Shown here: positions 62,101-64,000 of the stretch, piece after piece
How positions within the stretch are numbered: the stretch's first letter is position 1
How the letters are laid out: each line of letters begins with the position of its first letter
Source of the DNA: Flavobacteriales bacterium
Lineage (GTDB): Bacteria; Bacteroidota; Bacteroidia; Palsa-965
DNA length: 64,000 nt
Assembly (NCBI GenBank): GCA_040377305.1
Contig: JBEIPA010000017.1
Span: 1-64,000 of the forward strand
Direction of reading: 5' to 3'
Made by a program: the position numbers and the translations under genes
Notes under the pieces: generated by a model
What the model was told of the DNA's origin: nothing
Database searches by the model: none
What the model saw: the letters and a program-made list of their open reading frames with translations, nothing else

Positions 62101-64000
62101 TAACAGTTACGGATGCGAACGGTTGTACAACAACTGCAATGACCACCGTAACTGAACCAACTGCTGTTACTGCAACTGCAGTCATGACTCCGGTTCTCTG
62201 TAATGGTGGGAACACAGGTACTGCAACTGCAACTCCAGGTGGTGGCGTCGGACCATATACGTATTCATGGTCACCATCCGGTCAAACAACAGCAACCGCA
62301 ACGAACCTCACCGCACAATCTTATACCGTAACTGTAACTGATGCTAACGGATGTACTGTTACAGCATCGGTAACTGTAACTGAACCGCCTGCACTTGCTG
62401 CAACCACTTCGTTCACGCAAGCTACGTGCGGTGCAACGAACGGTTCTGCTTCTGTTAACGTAACAGGCGGTGTCGGTCCTTACACCTATTCATGGTCACC
62501 ATCCGGTGGAACCGGATCAACTGCAACAGGACTTGGTGCTAACGTTTACACAGTGACATTTACTGATGCGAATGGTTGCACAGGAACCGCAACAGTAAAC
62601 GTTCCGAACGCTGCTGCACCTTCTATCACTATAACAGGTACAACTGCGGTAACATGCTTCGGCGGAAACGATGGCACTGCAAGTACTTCTGCATCGGGAG
62701 GAACAGCTCCATACACATACTCTTGGGCGCTCACCGGTGGTACTGGTGCAACCGGAATAGGAATGATCGCAGGTAACTACACCGTAACTGTTACTGATGC
62801 GAACGGATGTACTGCAACAGCAACTACAACAATCACCGAACCTACTCAGGTAACAGCGACGTCATCAACTACGGATGTGATCTGTAACGGCAATGCAACA
62901 GGAACTGCAACAGCAGTTGGTGCAGGCGGTATCGCTCCTTACACTTACCTCTGGTCATCAGGTGGAACGAATGCACTTGAAACCGGATTGCTCGCAGGCT
63001 CATACACATGCACAGTTACTGATGCTAACGGTTGTACAACAACTACAATTGCAACTGTAGTTGAACCAACACAGGTTACTTCGACAATCTCCGGAGTAGA
63101 CATCCTTTGCAACGGTGGCAATAACGGTTCTGCAACAGTAATTCCGGCTGGTGGTATCGGACCATATACCTATTTGTGGACACCAACTGCACAGACAACT
63201 GCAACTGCATCAACACTTACAGCAGGTACATATTCATGCGATATTACAGATGCGAACGGTTGTTCAATCACAGTGACCATCACGCTGACTGAACCAGCTG
63301 CACTTACAGCTACAACTTCATTCACCCAGGCTACGTGCGGAGCGGCGAACGGTTCTGCAGTTGTAACTGTGAATGGTGGTATATCACCTTACACCTACCT
63401 ATGGTCTTCTGGCGGAACAGCCGCTCTCGAGACGGGACTCGCTGCCAATACTTACACTGTAACATTCACAGACGCGAACGGATGTTCAGATACTGCACAG
63501 GTCACTGTACCTAATGCTGCTTCACCAGTAATTACCGTAACAGGTACTACCCCGGTAACATGTTTTGGCGGCAACGACGGAACGGCTTCCACTAACACAA
63601 CAGGCGGAACTGCTCCTTACACGTATGCATGGGCGCTTACTGGTGGTACTGGTGCAACCGGAACAGGAATGGTCGCTGGTAACTACACAGTGACTGTTAC
63701 TGATGCAAACGGATGTACTTCCACCGCTACTACAACAATCACGGAACCAACTTTGGTGACAGCGACTTCAACCACAACAGATGTAATCTGTAATGGTAAT
63801 GCAACCGGAACTGCAACTGCAGTTGGCGCGGGTGGTATTGCTCCTTACACTTACCTCTGGTCATCAGGTGGAACGAATGCACTTGAAACCGGATTGCTCG
63901 CAGGTTCTTACACGTGCACGGTTACAGATGCGAACGGTTGTACAACAACTACAATTGCAACTGTAGTTGAACCAACACAGGTTACTTCAACAATCTCCGG
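56136..64000 (+). CDS. Giant SprB-repeat adhesin, 3'-truncated by the window edge (more than 2,600 aa; absent from the ORF track)
   Basis: ATG 56136 reads MAQPLHARR...FQNLLAQ (signal-like), then DDQWS...FCFYGNTY...GSNGLISF and about 30 TDANGC-type repeats. The same frame still reads VTDANGC at 63921, and the track lists no terminated ORF in this frame. Confidence 0.88.
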   Translation, partial: MAQPLHARRVKSAHTSRVLIFVVVSFLFFGFQNLLAQATGPVVCPVNAGADVSICAPNCAPLSGTYTQVNAPTNYAVSSIPYAPDPFTTGTNVALFDDQWSAAINIGFPFCFYGNTYTQVLIGSNGLISFNVALAGGYCQWPINAAVPSAADPMNTVMGPWQDLYPPGGGTIRYTIYGTAPCRRFVVSWNQMPMYSCTSTLCTQQITLYETSNVIDNYIQTKPLCTGWNAGTAIQAVHNAAGTAAVAVAGRNYPTQWTTTNDARRWTPSGANMTSIGWYIGAALQSTAQNYTPCPTATTTYNFTATYTNCNGTTVQQTDQVVVTVSSLTVTATQTNLTCFNNCTGSSTVTASGGGPYSYNWSPAPGGGQGTATATGLCAQSYTCVVTGAGGCTGQVVVNITQPPQIALVPTQTNVLCNGVCNGAASVVASGGTGVYTYVWAPAPGGGQGTANATGLCAGTYTVTVSSPAGCTRTQAFTITQPPALASTGSHTNILCNGACTGAASVTPSGGVGPYTYSWAPSGGTASSTTGRCVGTYTVTFTDANGCTGTRVFNITQPTAVTTTGGQTNVTCNGACTGSATVTPSGGVGPYTYVWSPAPGGGQGTAIATGLCANTYTVTVTDANGCTATRIYTITQPPVIALVPTQTNVLCNGQCNGAASVVASGGTGTYTYVWAPAPGAGQGTANATGLCAGNYTVTVSSPAGCTRTQIFNITAPPALTSTGSHTNILCNGACTGAATVTPSGGVGPYTYSWAPSGGTAATTTGRCAGTYTVTFTDANGCTGTRTFNITAPPALTSTGSQTNILCNGACTGAASVTPSGGVGPYTYSWAPSGGTASSTTGRCVGTYTVTFTDANGCTGTRIYNITQPPALTSTTSFTQATCNMSNGLASVTPSGGVGPYTYLWAPSGGTGATTTPRPAGIYTVTFTDANGCTGTATVNIPNAAAPTATITAVVNVTCFGASTGSATVAASGGTGPYTYAWTPSGGTGTTTTPRPAGNYTVTVTDANGCTVQQTVAITQPPAITLTPTQTNVLCNGGLTGSASVVASGGTGTFTYAWAPSGGTGATATGLGAGTYTVTVSSPAGCTATQTYTITAPPALTSTGTQTNILCNAACTGAASVTVTGGVGPYTYLWAPSGGTAAGTTGRCVGTYTVTFTDANGCTGTRSFTITQPTALAATTSFTQATCNMSNGSASVSVSGGVGPYTYLWAPLGGTTATVTGRPAGTYTVTYTDANGCTGTATVTIPNAAAPTATITATVNVTCFGASTGGATVAASGGTGPYTYAWTPSGGTGSSTTGRPAGTYTVTVTDANGCTVQATVTITQPPAITLTPTQTNVLCNGGLTGSASVVASGGTGTYTYAWAPSGGTGATATGLGAGTYTVTVSSPAGCTATQIFNITAPPVLTTTGAQTNVLCNGGTTGSATVTPSGGVGPYTYSWAPTGGTAAIATGLTAQTYTVTVTDANGCTATRTFTITQPPALTSTTSFTQATCNMSNGSASVAVSGGVGPYTYSWAPTGGTGATASGQPSGIYTVTFTDANGCTGTATVNIPNAAAPSATITATTPVVCFGGNTGSATVAASGGTGPYTYAWAPIGGTGTTGTNLTAQTYTVTVTDVNGCTATATTTITQPTAVTATAASSPVLCNGGSTGSATVTPAGGIGPYTYAWAPSGGTAATATGLNATTYTVTVTDANGCTTTAMTTVTQPTAVTATAASSPVLCNGGTTGSATVTPVGGTGPYTFAWAPTGGTAAIATGLNANTYTVTVTDANGCTITAITTVTQPPALSATTSFTQATCGASNGSASVAVTGGVGPYTYAWAPAGGTGATATGLAANTYTVTFTDANGCTGTASVTVPNAASPSATITATTNVSCFGGNNGSATVAASGGTGPYTYAWTPIGGTGTVGTNLTAQIYTVTVTDANGCSTTATATITEPPLLTATATSSPVLCFGGTTGSATVTASGGVAPYTYAWSPTGGTATTATGLNATTYTVTVTDANGCTTTAMTTVTEPTAVTATAVMTPVLCNGGNTGTATATPGGGVGPYTYSWSPSGQTTATATNLTAQSYTVTVTDANGCTVTASVTVTEPPALAATTSFTQATCGATNGSASVNVTGGVGPYTYSWSPSGGTGSTATGLGANVYTVTFTDANGCTGTATVNVPNAAAPSITITGTTAVTCFGGNDGTASTSASGGTAPYTYSWALTGGTGATGIGMIAGNYTVTVTDANGCTATATTTITEPTQVTATSSTTDVICNGNATGTATAVGAGGIAPYTYLWSSGGTNALETGLLAGSYTCTVTDANGCTTTTIATVVEPTQVTSTISGVDILCNGGNNGSATVIPAGGIGPYTYLWTPTAQTTATASTLTAGTYSCDITDANGCSITVTITLTEPAALTATTSFTQATCGAANGSAVVTVNGGISPYTYLWSSGGTAALETGLAANTYTVTFTDANGCSDTAQVTVPNAASPVITVTGTTPVTCFGGNDGTASTNTTGGTAPYTYAWALTGGTGATGTGMVAGNYTVTVTDANGCTSTATTTITEPTLVTATSTTTDVICNGNATGTATAVGAGGIAPYTYLWSSGGTNALETGLLAGSYTCTVTDANGCTTTTIATVVEPTQVTSTIS

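Noticed and set aside
56093-62776. Many short ORFs listed on both strands over the last 8 kb
   Set aside because: They are shadow or alternate-frame ORFs of the single open adhesin frame starting at 56136. The same applies to those inside the other SprB-repeat genes.
57100-64000. Regularly recurring ACAGATGCGAACGGATGTAC words resembling a CRISPR array
   Set aside because: They are in-frame TDANGC codons with wobble variation at ~228-bp spacing. There are no unique spacers and no cas genes.

Overview
Chromosomal window from a Bacteroidota genome, judged from type IX secretion (T9SS) cargo, a PorP/SprF gene and TAnnTTTG-type promoters. Both ends carry pairs of large Cys/Thr/Gly-rich SprB-repeat adhesins. 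The last one (start 56136) is missing from the ORF track and runs off the window at more than 2,600 codons. In between lie housekeeping genes (rho with a Q/N-rich insertion, mpl, priA, polX-PHP), a CarH/LitR-crtI-crtB-crtZ-crtY carotenoid cluster, more T9SS cargo genes, a CheB-CheR-PAS-kinase fusion with a response regulator, and bdhA next to a patatin. The most unusual non-annotated signals are: (i) a RelE-type toxin-antitoxin pair bracketed by an ~84-bp duplication of the 3' end of mpl, with no integrase; (ii) a stand-alone HUH (Y1) transposase preceded by a REPIN-like inverted pair of composite palindromes; (iii) a 912-bp higher-order repeat in the giant adhesin; (iv) 15-bp tandem operator-like repeats and a highly structured leader between an XRE regulator and a T9SS gene pair, one of which carries a G10 tract; (v) several inverted heptamer arrays in intergenic gaps. 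I saw no rRNA, tRNA or CRISPR array. All calls come from reading motifs by eye; no searches were run.
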